Of a stretch of 30,477 bases of DNA, positions 1-9,550 are shown piece after piece. The notes under the pieces were generated by a model. That model had not been told where the DNA came from, made no database searches, and worked only from the letters and a program-made list of their open reading frames with translations. A program made the position numbers and the translations under genes. This DNA is from Octopus sinensis (lineage: Eukaryota): contig NW_021832614.1 of the NCBI RefSeq assembly GCF_006345805.1, positions 1-30,477 on the forward strand, given 5' to 3'. Positions within the stretch are counted from its first letter, which is position 1, and every line of letters starts with the position of its first letter.

Positions 1-320
1 GCCTAGTAGTGCAATTTTCAGTATGTTATATGTGTTTGTAAGTCCTGGTGTTTTTGTTATGTATTTGTCTGAATATTTTTTTATCATGCCTAATGCACCT
101 ACTATGATAGGAATTGTTTCTGTTTTCAGATTCCACATTCTAGTTACCTCTATTTCCAGGTCTTTGTATTTTGAGAGTTTCTCCATTTCTTTTAGAGACA
201 CGTTGTCATCTGCCTGTATTGATACATCAATTAGAAAGCATTTTTTTTCTTCAAGATCTCTGACAACTATATCTGGTCTGTTGGCCTTAATTTCTCTATC
301 TGTGTGTATCGGCATATCCA
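1..320 (-). pseudogene. Restriction-like endonuclease domain, frameshifted off the RT ORF
   Basis: Restoring one G at ~320 (TGG ATATG to TGG GAT ATG) gives ILWDMPIHTDREIKANRPDIVVRDLEEKKCFLIDVSIQADDNVSLKEMEKLSKYKDLEIEVTRMW, open to the window edge. Confidence 0.9.
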
Positions 321-2114
321 GAGTATGGTTGCTTTCTCGTTTTCTGTGACCTTTTCTGGTGTGTGCCTATACCATCTTTTTTCTGTTGTTATTCCATAAT
401 GTTGGCATAGCTTCCAATGTATGTAGGTTCCAACTCTGTCATGTCTGTTAATATATTCCTTCTTAGCCAGGACTGGGCAGCTAGAGATAATATGATTTAT
501 TGTTTCTTGTCCATCTCCACATATTCTGCAGTTACTTGTAATATTTCTTTTCATTACATGTTTTTGGTAATTTCTGGTGGGGAGGCTTTGGTCTTGTGCT
601 GCAATTAAAAATCCCTCTGTTTCTGCTTTGAGTCCTGAGCTTCTCAACCATTGCTGGGATTTTTCTTTGTCTATTTCTCTTGCGTTTAGTTTAGTGCAGT
701 ATTTACCATGAAGGGGCTTTTCTTGCCATCGTTTTATCATGGCTCGTTGCTGTTCTATTTTTAGTTTGGATTTCATTTGTTTTATAGCTTTTGTTGTTTC
801 TTCATCATCTTCTTCTTCTTCATGTTTATTAGGTGGTATGATTTCTTGTTTGTATTTGTCAGCTTCCTTAAATACTGAGAACAGTTTTTTGTTTTGCTCG
901 TGTTTTGCTGCTATCTGGATCAGTTTTCCTTCCTTCTGAAGCAGGTATTTTTGCAGTCCTATGGTGGTTATTTTATAGTAGTTTTCCAGCTGTATAAGGC
1001 CTCTACCACCTTCTATACGTTGTATATATAGTCTTTCTATGTCAGATTTTGGGTGATGCATCCTAGATCCTGTCAGTATTTTTCTTGTTTTCCTATCTAT
1101 TTTGGACAGTTCATTTCGTGTCCAGTTAAGGATATTGTAGCTGTAACTTATAACTGGGACAGCTAAAGTGTTGATACCTATTATCTTGTTTTTAGCATTG
1201 AGTTCTGTTTTTAGTATTGATCTAACTCGTCTATAATATTCTTTTTTTATTTTCTCTTTCATTTGTGTGTGTTGTGTCTTATCTAGTTCATGGATTCCTA
1301 AGTATTTGTAAGTTTGGCTTTGGTCTAATTCTTTTATTTCATTGGTTTTATCTAGTGTGATGTTGTTACTCTTAACTAGTTTTCCTCTTTTCATGGTTAC
1401 TTTGGCGCATTTTTCTAATCCAAATTTCATATCTATTTCTTTGGTAAATCCATGAACTGTCTTTAATAGTGTTTCCAGCTGTTTGTCATTTGCAGCGTAT
1501 AGTTTTAGGTCATCCATATATAAAAGGTGGCTGATCGTTTTGCCGTAACATTTATATCCGCATCCAGTTCTATTTAGCATATCAGATAGAGGTGACAGTG
1601 CCAAGCAGAAAAGGAGTGGAGAGAGCGTGTCTCCCTGGAATATTCCTCTTCCAATGGGGATGTCTTTGGTTTTCATGAGTCCCTCTTTTGTTTGGAGGTG
1701 TAGGACTGTTTGCCATTTATTCATAGAGTGCTCTATGAATTTTATGATTGTTGGTGCTACTTTGTTAATGGCTAGTGTTTCGAGGATCCATGTGTGGGGG
1801 ATGCTATCAAACGCCTTTTTGTAGTCAATCCAGGCCATACTCAGGCCTTTCTTCTTTCTGTGGCTGTCTTCAGTTACGGCTTTATTAATAATTAGTTGAT
1901 CTTTACAGCCATATGAGCCCTTGCAGCATCCTTTCTGCTCTTCTGGGAACAGTTTGTTTTCGTCCAGGTGCTTGTTAAGCCTTTGCGATATCACTGCAGT
2001 AAATGCCTTGAACATAGTAGGGAGGCAGGTTATTGGTCTGTAGTTTTCTGGTTTTGTTGTTTCATTTGATTTGGGAATTAAGATGGTTTTCCCCTTCGTG
2101 ATCCATTCAGGCAT
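267..2114 (-). CDS. Reverse transcriptase plus CCHC zinc knuckle of the R4/Dong element (615 aa open stretch)
   Basis: ORF track: RT motifs YMDD and QGDTLSP; C-x2-C-x8-H-x4-C and RHD near the C-terminus. Confidence 0.92.
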   Translation of the reverse strand: MPEWITKGKTILIPKSNETTKPENYRPITCLPTMFKAFTAVISQRLNKHLDENKLFPEEQKGCCKGSYGCKDQLIINKAVTEDSHRKKKGLSMAWIDYKKAFDSIPHTWILETLAINKVAPTIIKFIEHSMNKWQTVLHLQTKEGLMKTKDIPIGRGIFQGDTLSPLLFCLALSPLSDMLNRTGCGYKCYGKTISHLLYMDDLKLYAANDKQLETLLKTVHGFTKEIDMKFGLEKCAKVTMKRGKLVKSNNITLDKTNEIKELDQSQTYKYLGIHELDKTQHTQMKEKIKKEYYRRVRSILKTELNAKNKIIGINTLAVPVISYSYNILNWTRNELSKIDRKTRKILTGSRMHHPKSDIERLYIQRIEGGRGLIQLENYYKITTIGLQKYLLQKEGKLIQIAAKHEQNKKLFSVFKEADKYKQEIIPPNKHEEEEDDEETTKAIKQMKSKLKIEQQRAMIKRWQEKPLHGKYCTKLNAREIDKEKSQQWLRSSGLKAETEGFLIAAQDQSLPTRNYQKHVMKRNITSNCRICGDGQETINHIISSCPVLAKKEYINRHDRVGTYIHWKLCQHYGITTEKRWYRHTPEKVTENEKATILWICRYTQIEKLRPTDQI

Positions 2115-3104
2115 TGTCTCGGGCTCTGCTAGTTAAAGTTTTCAGCCAGCTTTTTGTGCATTCCTGTTAGATATTTCAACCAGAAGTTGGGGATCTTGTC
2201 ATGCCCAGGTGCCTTCCAGTTGCTTAGTTTTTGCAGTGCCTGGGTGACCTCTTCAGTTGTTATGGGGGTCCAAAGTTGTTCAGGTGCCGAGTTTGTTATT
2301 TTCATACTCCTTTTTTTTGGCTGTTCGTTCGCCGACCATATTTCTCTCCAGAATTCTTCCAATTCTTCTGCCGTTGGTGCTGCAGTGACTTCTATTTTAG
2401 TTTTGCCCAGTTCTTGGTAGAACTTTTTGGGGTCGGAGTTGAACTTTTTGTTCTGTTCAAAGAAGCGTTGGCGTTTCTCGTACCGGCGGATCCTTTAAGC
2501 TTTGGCAAGGATATCTTGCTTCAGCTTTTCTTTTATCTCCGGCAAATCTTTTTCTGTGATGTTATATTTGCGGAGCATTTTTGTTCTCTTTTTGTTGCTC
2601 AGTAGCGTTGCTTGTTTGCTGATTTCATTAAGAATCGACAGGTCTTTTCTAATTTTTTTTAGTTTGTTTTGGATGTTATTTATCCACAGGGTTTGTTTGG
2701 GTGGTGGTACTCCTGTTTGGGCGGGTTTGGGTGAGTATCCAGCTTCTTTTGTGGCTGCAGTGGCTGCTGCGTATATCAAGTCATTTAGTTCAGTGATATC
2801 ACTATTTTTTGTTTCAGTGGCTGGTTCATTGACGGCTAGGTTTATGTTGTTTATAATTGGTGTTGTTATTGCGTTTATTTTTATTCTTGGGAAGTATGGT
2901 CGGTGGTCCATTTTGGGCTCTGTGGTTTTCAGTTCTTTGATTATTTTATTTTTTATATTATCATAATCATTAGGCTCCCCTTCGTTGTTTACATCGTGTT
3001 TGTTGGGAATGTTGCGTTTGTCTTCGTGTTTTACAGTTTCAGTGTTTATATTATGGGCATTGTTGTGTGGCTTCTATCTACATTTTCCTGGTGTATTTTT
3101 TCTT

Positions 3105-3593
3105 TTAATGTTCTATTTCTATTTCTGATATTTTTTTGGCTTTGAGAATGTATCTTCGTACGTTAGCTAATTTATTAGGGTTCATTGCTGTATCCAAGTC
3201 TCTATCTCTATTATTTTCCTTCCATATTTTATATGTATGTGTTGTTGTATTTTCATTTTGTGGGTAGAGCATTGCTGTGAAGTATGCGTGTAAGATAGAA
3301 ATGTATTCCTCACGTGTCCATTTACGTCTTTTGGGTTTTAATTGCGGGACATGAGGTACAACGTCCGGCCCATTATTTTGACGGTCGTCATTTTCGTAGG
3401 GTACCGGTCCGTTTATTTCTGTTGTCACATTAATTCGCACGTGTAGTTTTTCGTACATTTTTTGTTGTAGGTTTAATGTACGTACCGCTCGATTGTTATT
3501 CTTGGGTTGAATAGTATCGGTGGCACTTAATTTCTTCGTAGTTCCTTTGTACATGGTGTTTGAGGTCGGGGATGATCGTGTTGTTCCACGCAT
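3105..3593 (-). CDS. N-terminal segment of the R4/Dong ORF (frameshifted from downstream pieces 2495-2911 and 2129-2362)
   Basis: RRKWTREEYISILHAYF...NKLANVRRYILKAKKISEIEIE resembles R4-clade N-termini; 2129-2362 has KLSNWKAPGHDKIPNFWLK (RT region 0). Confidence 0.75.
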   Translation of the reverse strand: MRGTTRSSPTSNTMYKGTTKKLSATDTIQPKNNNRAVRTLNLQQKMYEKLHVRINVTTEINGPVPYENDDRQNNGPDVVPHVPQLKPKRRKWTREEYISILHAYFTAMLYPQNENTTTHTYKIWKENNRDRDLDTAMNPNKLANVRRYILKAKKISEIEIEH

Positions 3594-3795
3594 GTTAACA
3601 TGTGTTGTGTTAGAGGTGGAGATAATATCGAGTCAAAATACATCATTTCGTTTCGAAAATAGTAATAAATTTCAATTCGTATTACTTACTCGGATATAGT
3701 CCAATTCTTTGTTAGTAAATCTTTGGCTCCATAGGGTGTCCTTGTTTTCGATGTTTGTGGATAGATTTCGGAGCTCTGTATTTTCCTTCTTACAT

Positions 3796-3868
3796 CTTAA
3801 ACGTCCCCGGTGTCTCTCCTCTTAAACGTCCCCGGTGTCTCTCCTCTTAAACGTCCCCGGTGTCTCTC
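3796..3868. repeat. Three tandem copies of the 25-bp unit CTTAAACGTCCCCGGTGTCTCTCCT at the element 5' terminus
   Basis: Units at 3796-3820, 3821-3845 and 3846-3868 (last lacks 2 nt), read directly. Confidence 0.97.
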
Positions 3869-3963
<95 letters not shown>

Positions 3964-3964
3964 T
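3869..3964. repeat. (TTA)n/(TAA)n microsatellite, about 32 units
   Basis: Perfect trinucleotide array directly at the element 5' junction. Confidence 0.98.
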
Positions 3965-4124
3965 GTATATATGTCTATATATTGTATATATATATATATA
4001 TGAGTATGGATATATGCACTCATATGTATGTGTATATTATATTATATATTATGGGTATGTACCCACTATTGTATGGGTGTACCTCCTCTGATTTTCATAT
4101 TTAATTTAGTTTGTTCTTCATAAT

Positions 4125-4243
4125 CTCTGAAGAGGCCTTGCGATATTTTTGCGTCTCATTTATAACTACATATTAACCTATCGCACATGGCTAATATGAG
4201 CATAATGAGGCACCCATATCTGCATGGCTTAAACAGCTGTAAG
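4125..4243 (+). ncRNA. Decayed type I hammerhead motif in a Penelope-like pseudo-LTR remnant
   Basis: CTGAAGA (4127-4133), GGCC...GGCT long stem II, TAAA in place of GAAA, ACAGCTGT palindrome, GTA triplet (4239-4241). Confidence 0.6.
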
Positions 4244-4630
4244 TGTTTATATTTATATTTATATTTGTATTTATTTATATTCACTTATACATACTGTACT
4301 TATCGTATCATATTACTCTTTCATGTACATTTTTTTGTTCTATATTATTATGTTTGACCTTAATGTTCATATGTAGTGTGTTTAATAAATTATGTGAATG
4401 GGTATTATCTGGTAGTTGATCACTGATTAAGATGTATTTCTCCATTTTCTTATTTTGTATTATTATTTGTGGTAAAACATTTTACCTTTGCCCATATAAT
4501 ACAGTAAATGAATTAACTGCATCGCAGTTCTTAACATTTATGTATTAACTTTGTTGGGTGCTTCACTAGCAGTATATTGGATATATGTTATCTCATGGAG
4601 GGTTGCACTTACAATCCCTATCTCAATTTG

Positions 4631-4633
<3 letters not shown>

Positions 4634-4722
<89 letters not shown>

Positions 4723-4812
4723 TATATACATATATATATACACATATATATATATACATATATATACACATATATATATATAATATATATATATATATAT
4801 TATATATATATA
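4634..4812. repeat. (TA)n microsatellite, left flank of the Penelope-like element
   Basis: Read directly; a few CA/AA interruptions. Confidence 0.97.
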
Positions 4813-5350
4813 TAAAACATTATTGGTGAATTGAAGAAATGGAGCTGAACGCAGATTGAACAGAAATCGTTTTATTTCATTCTACACGTGTTTCGAAAGG
4901 CACAAATTACCAAAATCCGATTGAATAATGGGACCATATTGTGTCTTTCTTTCAGGAAGAAAAAAGGAAATCCGCTGGAAAAACAAAAACAGAACAGAGG
5001 CGGAGCAAAAGCAAATCGAACTATGCTCCTAAGAGCCCATGGCGAAACTGTTTATCAGTGTATGTTGAGAACCGGTGGCTGAAGAATTCAACGGGTCAGG
5101 CATCGGTCAATCATGTGGGTGAGGGTGTATAGATGTTCTTTGTGACCGAGCATAAAGTTCTGACTATTTAAGGAATATTGGATGTATTATAAGGGGCGAG
5201 AAAAAATCTACTTAGAGACGTGTGTGTGTGTATACTGTTCTATATATGTGTGTTGGCGTAGGGGTAGAAAACATTTTTTGTGTACGTGTGTGCGTTTGAT
5301 CGTTCGGCTGTCAGTGGCTACTGCCGTGATAACCGTTGGGTGGCAGAAAG

Positions 5351-5398
<48 letters not shown>

Positions 5399-5858
5399 TA
5401 TGTTTTATGTGTGTGTTTGTGTTCATCCAAGCCTGCCTTGTCAAGGAAACCCCCCGCTGTGAAAAAACCAAGCCCCGTTTGTCTTACAGGAGTAATTCCC
5501 CTTGCAGTGGTTAATCGTAGATATCTTAAAGGCTATTTCAGAATTTGTTACCAAGGGCTATGGGTGCCGGTATTATTTATAAACGCTATTTAAAAGCCAG
5601 ATAAGTGTAACGCCGCCAATGGGGGCATCGAAAAGCCGACTGTAAAAGCCCGTTTACCATCCGGCCTCTGGCAAACAAAATATGGAAGAGTTCGGAGACA
5701 CAAAGGTTGCACTGTCTTCTGCCCCTATCAAATGGGAGGGCCACCGACAAAATTGACCATTCCAGCCTATAGCTTAAGTTCGTATCCTTCAGTCGCCATA
5801 TTAGCTTACTGAGTCCCGTGGTCTGGCGCTTGTTCACGTCCCGAAAAGTTGCGTAATG
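4813..5858 (-). repeat. Inverted copy of 8565-9612 (3' part of the endonuclease + 3' UTR + hammerhead)
   Basis: Reverse complement matches. I found one substitution (5722 vs 8701); other differences are small indels, mostly in homopolymer or microsatellite tracts. ORF 5586-5903 repeats the C-terminus of ORF 8544-8837. Confidence 0.97.
4875..4964 (-). ncRNA. Mirror copy of the hammerhead in the inverted arm, core missing G8
   Basis: Minus strand reads CCUGAAAGAAAG versus CCUGAAGAGAAAG in the 3' copy; the rest is the same. Confidence 0.8.
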
Positions 5859-6095
5859 CCTTTCGAAACACGTGTAGAATGAAATAAAACGATTTCTGTT
5901 CAATCTGCGTTCAGCTCCATTTCTTCAATTCACCAATAATGTTTTAATTTCAATTATCCGCACCAACGCACGGTTGCAACGCCAGATGGTTGTACCTCCA
6001 ACCGTGCTGTTTACTGCTGTGATTTTTGCTACTAAGGTATCGGTTAAACTTTTGATTAATCTACTACAAGATTATTCATCTTTCTATTTCACATA
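5857..6095 (+). repeat. 5' pseudo-LTR, 239-bp direct repeat of 9523-9761
   Basis: TGCCTTTCGAAACACGTG...CTATTTCACATA appears identical at both positions, offset 3666 nt. Confidence 0.97.
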
Positions 6096-6142
6096 ATACA
6101 TACCGCTTCGTCAAGAAACTGCTACTTTAACCGATACCAATA

Positions 6143-7579
6143 ATGGAGTTGTTCGAGATTGATGCGTCCCTTAAGGATATTCCTATACCACCAAAGGATG
6201 CCTTCCTTAAGGAGTTGGTTTGTAAAACCAACGCATTCATTAACCGGATAAGATGGCTCATTTTCTTCCACGAGAACGAAGATCTAAAATCGAACCGGAC
6301 AACAGCATCGTCCGAATACGGCCGGCTTTTTAAAACATTGGATACGCCGCCACCGAACCCAAGACTGAAGAAGTTTGAGGACGACTTGTGGGACATAGTT
6401 AGAAATATTAAGTTCAGGAAGTCACCCAGGAGAAATGCCCACCTCAGATACCTAGATAAAATTACCAAGGACATTAATAGAACGGACGGAGTCCTGGTCC
6501 AGTCCGACAAGACCAGGAACACATACAAGATGCCCATTAAGCAGTACCTAGATTTACTCGGTAAAGAGATCAAGAAAAATTATAGAAAAACCAATTGGAG
6601 TACCCTGAGGAAGGTAAACTTGGAAATTAAGGAAATAATATTTAAACACCGAATTCAAATGAGAACTCAGCCGCTTAGCCCCAAGCAACCCAGATTTATA
6701 GTGAAGGACCATAAACCTAACTTCCACACCAACCCAGCGCTAAGACTCATATGCCCTGCTAGATCTGATATCGGGATAATCAGTAAGTACATTTTAGATA
6801 AATATATCCCTAGTTTAGTAAACAAGCTGAAGCTCAGCCTCTGGGCCAACTCCTCGCAGGTAGTGAAGTGGTTCTCTTCCATCCCCAATAAGAACCGTAC
6901 TAGGTTCATTCAGTTTGATATCGCCAGCTTCTACCCCTCGATTAACCCTAGTGTGCTAAATAAGGCCCTCTGGCATGCTCACAACAAGGCTGGCCTCACC
7001 AGAGAAGAGATAGATATCATTTTAGTTGCCAGGAAATCGTTTATTAAGTTTGATAATAAGTTGTGGATCCGTAAAGATACTCCCAATGAATTTGATGTGC
7101 CTATGGGTAGTTCGGATAGTGCGCAGATAGCCGATTTGGTCGGAATATATATTCTCTACGAATTGTCCGACCAATTCCCGGAGATCGCGGGCGGCCTGTA
7201 TCGTGACGATTGTCTGTTTTACCTGCAAAACACCACGAACAGAATAGTGCAGAAAACTAAGAGCAGGTTAGCTAGGTTTTTTAATAGAATGGGCATGAGT
7301 ATAGTTTTTGATAATGAACTCACCAAGGCTAATTTCCTAGACGTTACACTTAACCTTAATAGCGACTCATACTGCCCTTACCATAAGCCTTCCACTAATT
7401 TGAAGTATGTCAGTGTCTTCTCAAATCATGCCAAAACCGTAACAGACAATTTGGTTAAAAACATCTCTCTAAGATTGTCTGGCTTGTCCGCCAGTGCCGA
7501 TATTTTTATGCAGAAAGCGGAATTTTATAACGCCGCACTATCCAAGGCCGGTTATATAGCAGAAGGTAATTTATATTGA
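6143..7579 (+). CDS. Penelope-like reverse transcriptase (478 aa, ends at a +1 frameshift)
   Basis: FIQFDIASFYPSI, FDVPMGSSDSAQIADLVG, GLYRDDCL, NFLDVTLNL, YCPYHKP. Removing one base at ~7557 joins GY to KQKVIYIDP and ORF 7593-8096. Confidence 0.93.
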   Translation: MELFEIDASLKDIPIPPKDAFLKELVCKTNAFINRIRWLIFFHENEDLKSNRTTASSEYGRLFKTLDTPPPNPRLKKFEDDLWDIVRNIKFRKSPRRNAHLRYLDKITKDINRTDGVLVQSDKTRNTYKMPIKQYLDLLGKEIKKNYRKTNWSTLRKVNLEIKEIIFKHRIQMRTQPLSPKQPRFIVKDHKPNFHTNPALRLICPARSDIGIISKYILDKYIPSLVNKLKLSLWANSSQVVKWFSSIPNKNRTRFIQFDIASFYPSINPSVLNKALWHAHNKAGLTREEIDIILVARKSFIKFDNKLWIRKDTPNEFDVPMGSSDSAQIADLVGIYILYELSDQFPEIAGGLYRDDCLFYLQNTTNRIVQKTKSRLARFFNRMGMSIVFDNELTKANFLDVTLNLNSDSYCPYHKPSTNLKYVSVFSNHAKTVTDNLVKNISLRLSGLSASADIFMQKAEFYNAALSKAGYIAEGNLY

Positions 7580-7592
7580 TCCGGCCCTTCCG

Positions 7593-8096
7593 ATGCCATC
7601 ATTCGGTCATCAGGATAGGGCCGTATATAATAACATTAACATTTTAAGTAAGGACGGGAGCGCGGCGGATGCCGGGGTAGTCGCTCCCGCATTTAATTTA
7701 GCGAACAAGGATAATTATCGGTCCGGGAGGTCTTACACTAACCCAAGACCCGTTATTCATCCGAGAATCACCCACCCGAATGCGAGAGCTGGCGTCCCGA
7801 CCCATCACACTGATAGGAATAAGCATATATGGTTTGTAATCCCCTTTGGTAAGCAGATTAGAACTAACCTCCCCCTCATGTTTAGACAAGCCATCGCCAA
7901 TAACTTCCCCAGAAATTCCAAATATTACTCCACGGTTAACTCGCATAAAGTTAGGATAGCTTTCTCCAACACTAAAAACCTCGCCCAGATAATCGCCTCC
8001 CATAATAATAGGCTACTTACTAAGACCCTATCACCTTTTTCCGGAGGCACAGCCTCTTCCGCTCCCGGTTTAATGCTCAGTAGGAATAATATATAG
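7593..8096 (+). CDS. Continuation of the PLE ORF (post-RT conserved block, then N/S-rich linker)
   Basis: IWFVIPFGKQIRTN..F...FP......VN...VRIAFSN..NLAQIIASHN resembles the block found between RT and EN in PLEs. Confidence 0.8.
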   Translation: MPSFGHQDRAVYNNINILSKDGSAADAGVVAPAFNLANKDNYRSGRSYTNPRPVIHPRITHPNARAGVPTHHTDRNKHIWFVIPFGKQIRTNLPLMFRQAIANNFPRNSKYYSTVNSHKVRIAFSNTKNLAQIIASHNNRLLTKTLSPFSGGTASSAPGLMLSRNNI

Positions 8097-8366
8097 TAGT
8101 AATAATGATATGAGAGCCAGTACAGTGACACATAATCTCAGCTCCAGCCAGGGAGTACCCACTAGGGGTATAGTTATAAATAGGGGTGTTGTGGTTGGGT
8201 TGACGGTAACAATGGAGTAGGGTAGAGAGCCCCAATAGCATCCCCAGCATCATTTCCCGCAATAGCAGCACCACGGGCAGTAGCAATGACAGCACTCTGA
8301 TAGATAGTGGAGAATCAGGGGTTATTCCTATAGTTAATAGTGACGTAGTGGAAAATAGGGTAGTAA

Positions 8367-8837
8367 GCGCGCTGCAGGTCTCGGAACGAATATAGTGACA
8401 GGAACGCAGTTCTAATTTCAGAAACTAATCCTAGCAGATTAAGATTCACGTCGGCGAACTCCAAGATCAAAAACGCCGTCTACCAATGCAAGGTTTACAC
8501 GGACTCAGATGTCTTCACTTATGTAGGGGCATCATCCTCAAGATTGTCTTTGCGTGTCTCCAACCATTACGCAACTTTTCGGGACGTGAACAAGCGCCAG
8601 ACCACGGGACTCAGTAAGCTAATATGGCGACTGAAGGATACGAACTTAAGCTATAGGCTGGAATGGTCAATTTTGTCGGTGGCCCTCCCATTTGATAGGG
8701 ACAGAAGACAGTGCAACCTTTGTGTCTCCGAACTCTTCCATATTTTGTTTGCCAGAGGCCGGATGGTAAACGGGCTTTTACAGTCGGCTTTTCGATGCCC
8801 CCATTGGCGGCGTTACACTTATCTGGCTTTTAAATAG
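8367..8837 (+). CDS. GIY-YIG endonuclease domain of the PLE
   Basis: Frame open from 8367: NAVYQCKVYTDSDVFTYVGASSSRLSLRVSNHYATF..TGLSKLIWRLK..RLEWSIL..CNLCVSELFHIL. Confidence 0.88.
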   Translation, partial: ARCRSRNEYSDRNAVLISETNPSRLRFTSANSKIKNAVYQCKVYTDSDVFTYVGASSSRLSLRVSNHYATFRDVNKRQTTGLSKLIWRLKDTNLSYRLEWSILSVALPFDRDRRQCNLCVSELFHILFARGRMVNGLLQSAFRCPHWRRYTYLAFK

Positions 8838-9020
8838 CGTTTATAAATAATACCGGCACCCATAGCCCTTGGTAACAAATTCTGAAATAGCCTTTAAGAT
8901 ATCTACGATAACCACTGCAAGGGGAATTACTCCTGTAAGACAAACGGGGCTTGGTTTTTTCACAGCGGGGGGTTTCCTTGACAAGGCAGGCTTGGATGAA
9001 CACAAACACACACATAAAAC

Positions 9021-9063
<43 letters not shown>

Positions 9064-9460
9064 TTTTTTTTTCTTTCTGCCACCCAACGGTTATCACGGC
9101 AGTAGCCACTGACAGCCGAACGATCAAACGCACACACGTACACAAAAAATGTTTTCTACCCCTACGCCAACACACACATATATAGAACAGTATACACACA
9201 CACACGTCTCTAAGTAGATTTTTTCTCGCCCCTTATAATACATCCAATATTCCTTAAATAGTCAGAACTTTATGCTCGGTCACAAAGACATCTATACACC
9301 CTCACCCACATGATTGACCGATGCCTGACCCGTTGAATTCTTCAGCCACCGGTTCTCAACATACACTGATAAACAGTTTCGCCATGGGCTCTTAGGAGCA
9401 TAGTTCGATTTGCTTTTGCTCCGCCTCTGTTCTGTTTTTGTTTTTCCAGCGGATTTCCTT

Positions 9461-9550
9461 TTTTCTTCCTGAAGAGAAAGACACAATATGGTCCCATTAT
9501 TCAATCGGATTTTGGTAATTTGTGCCTTTCGAAACACGTGTAGAATGAAA
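9461..9550 (+). ncRNA. Type I hammerhead ribozyme with short palindromic stem III; predicted cleavage after A9542
   Basis: CUGAAGA 9469-9475; stem II GAAAG 9476-9480 / CUUUC 9526-9530 (extends after one mismatch); GAAA 9531-9534; ACACGUGU 9534-9541; GUA triplet; stem I UUC 9466-9468 / GAA 9543-9545 plus further pairs. Confidence 0.88.

Larger units (their letters stand above)
1..3868 (-). mobile_element. R4/Dong-type non-LTR retrotransposon (RT + CCHC + RLE), near full length, several frameshifts, 3' end runs off the window
   Basis: Collinear minus-strand ORF pieces: N-terminal KRRKWTREE..NKLANVRRYIL domain, RT (NYRPITCL, WIDYKKAFDSIPH, GIFQGDTLSPLLF, LLYMDDLKL), CRICG..ETINHIISSC, RHD and a PD..D RLE motif. 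The 5' end abuts (TAA)n. Confidence 0.93.

Noticed and set aside
3796-3868. CRISPR-like reading of the 25-bp repeats
   Set aside because: No spacers, no cas genes, eukaryotic context.
3810-4104. Poly-Ile, poly-Leu and IY/YI/HT-repeat ORFs here and at ~4540-4780, 12266-12600, 14357-14865, 15521-16158, 21655-22014, 25997-26545, 28866-29321
   Set aside because: Translations of microsatellites, not genes.
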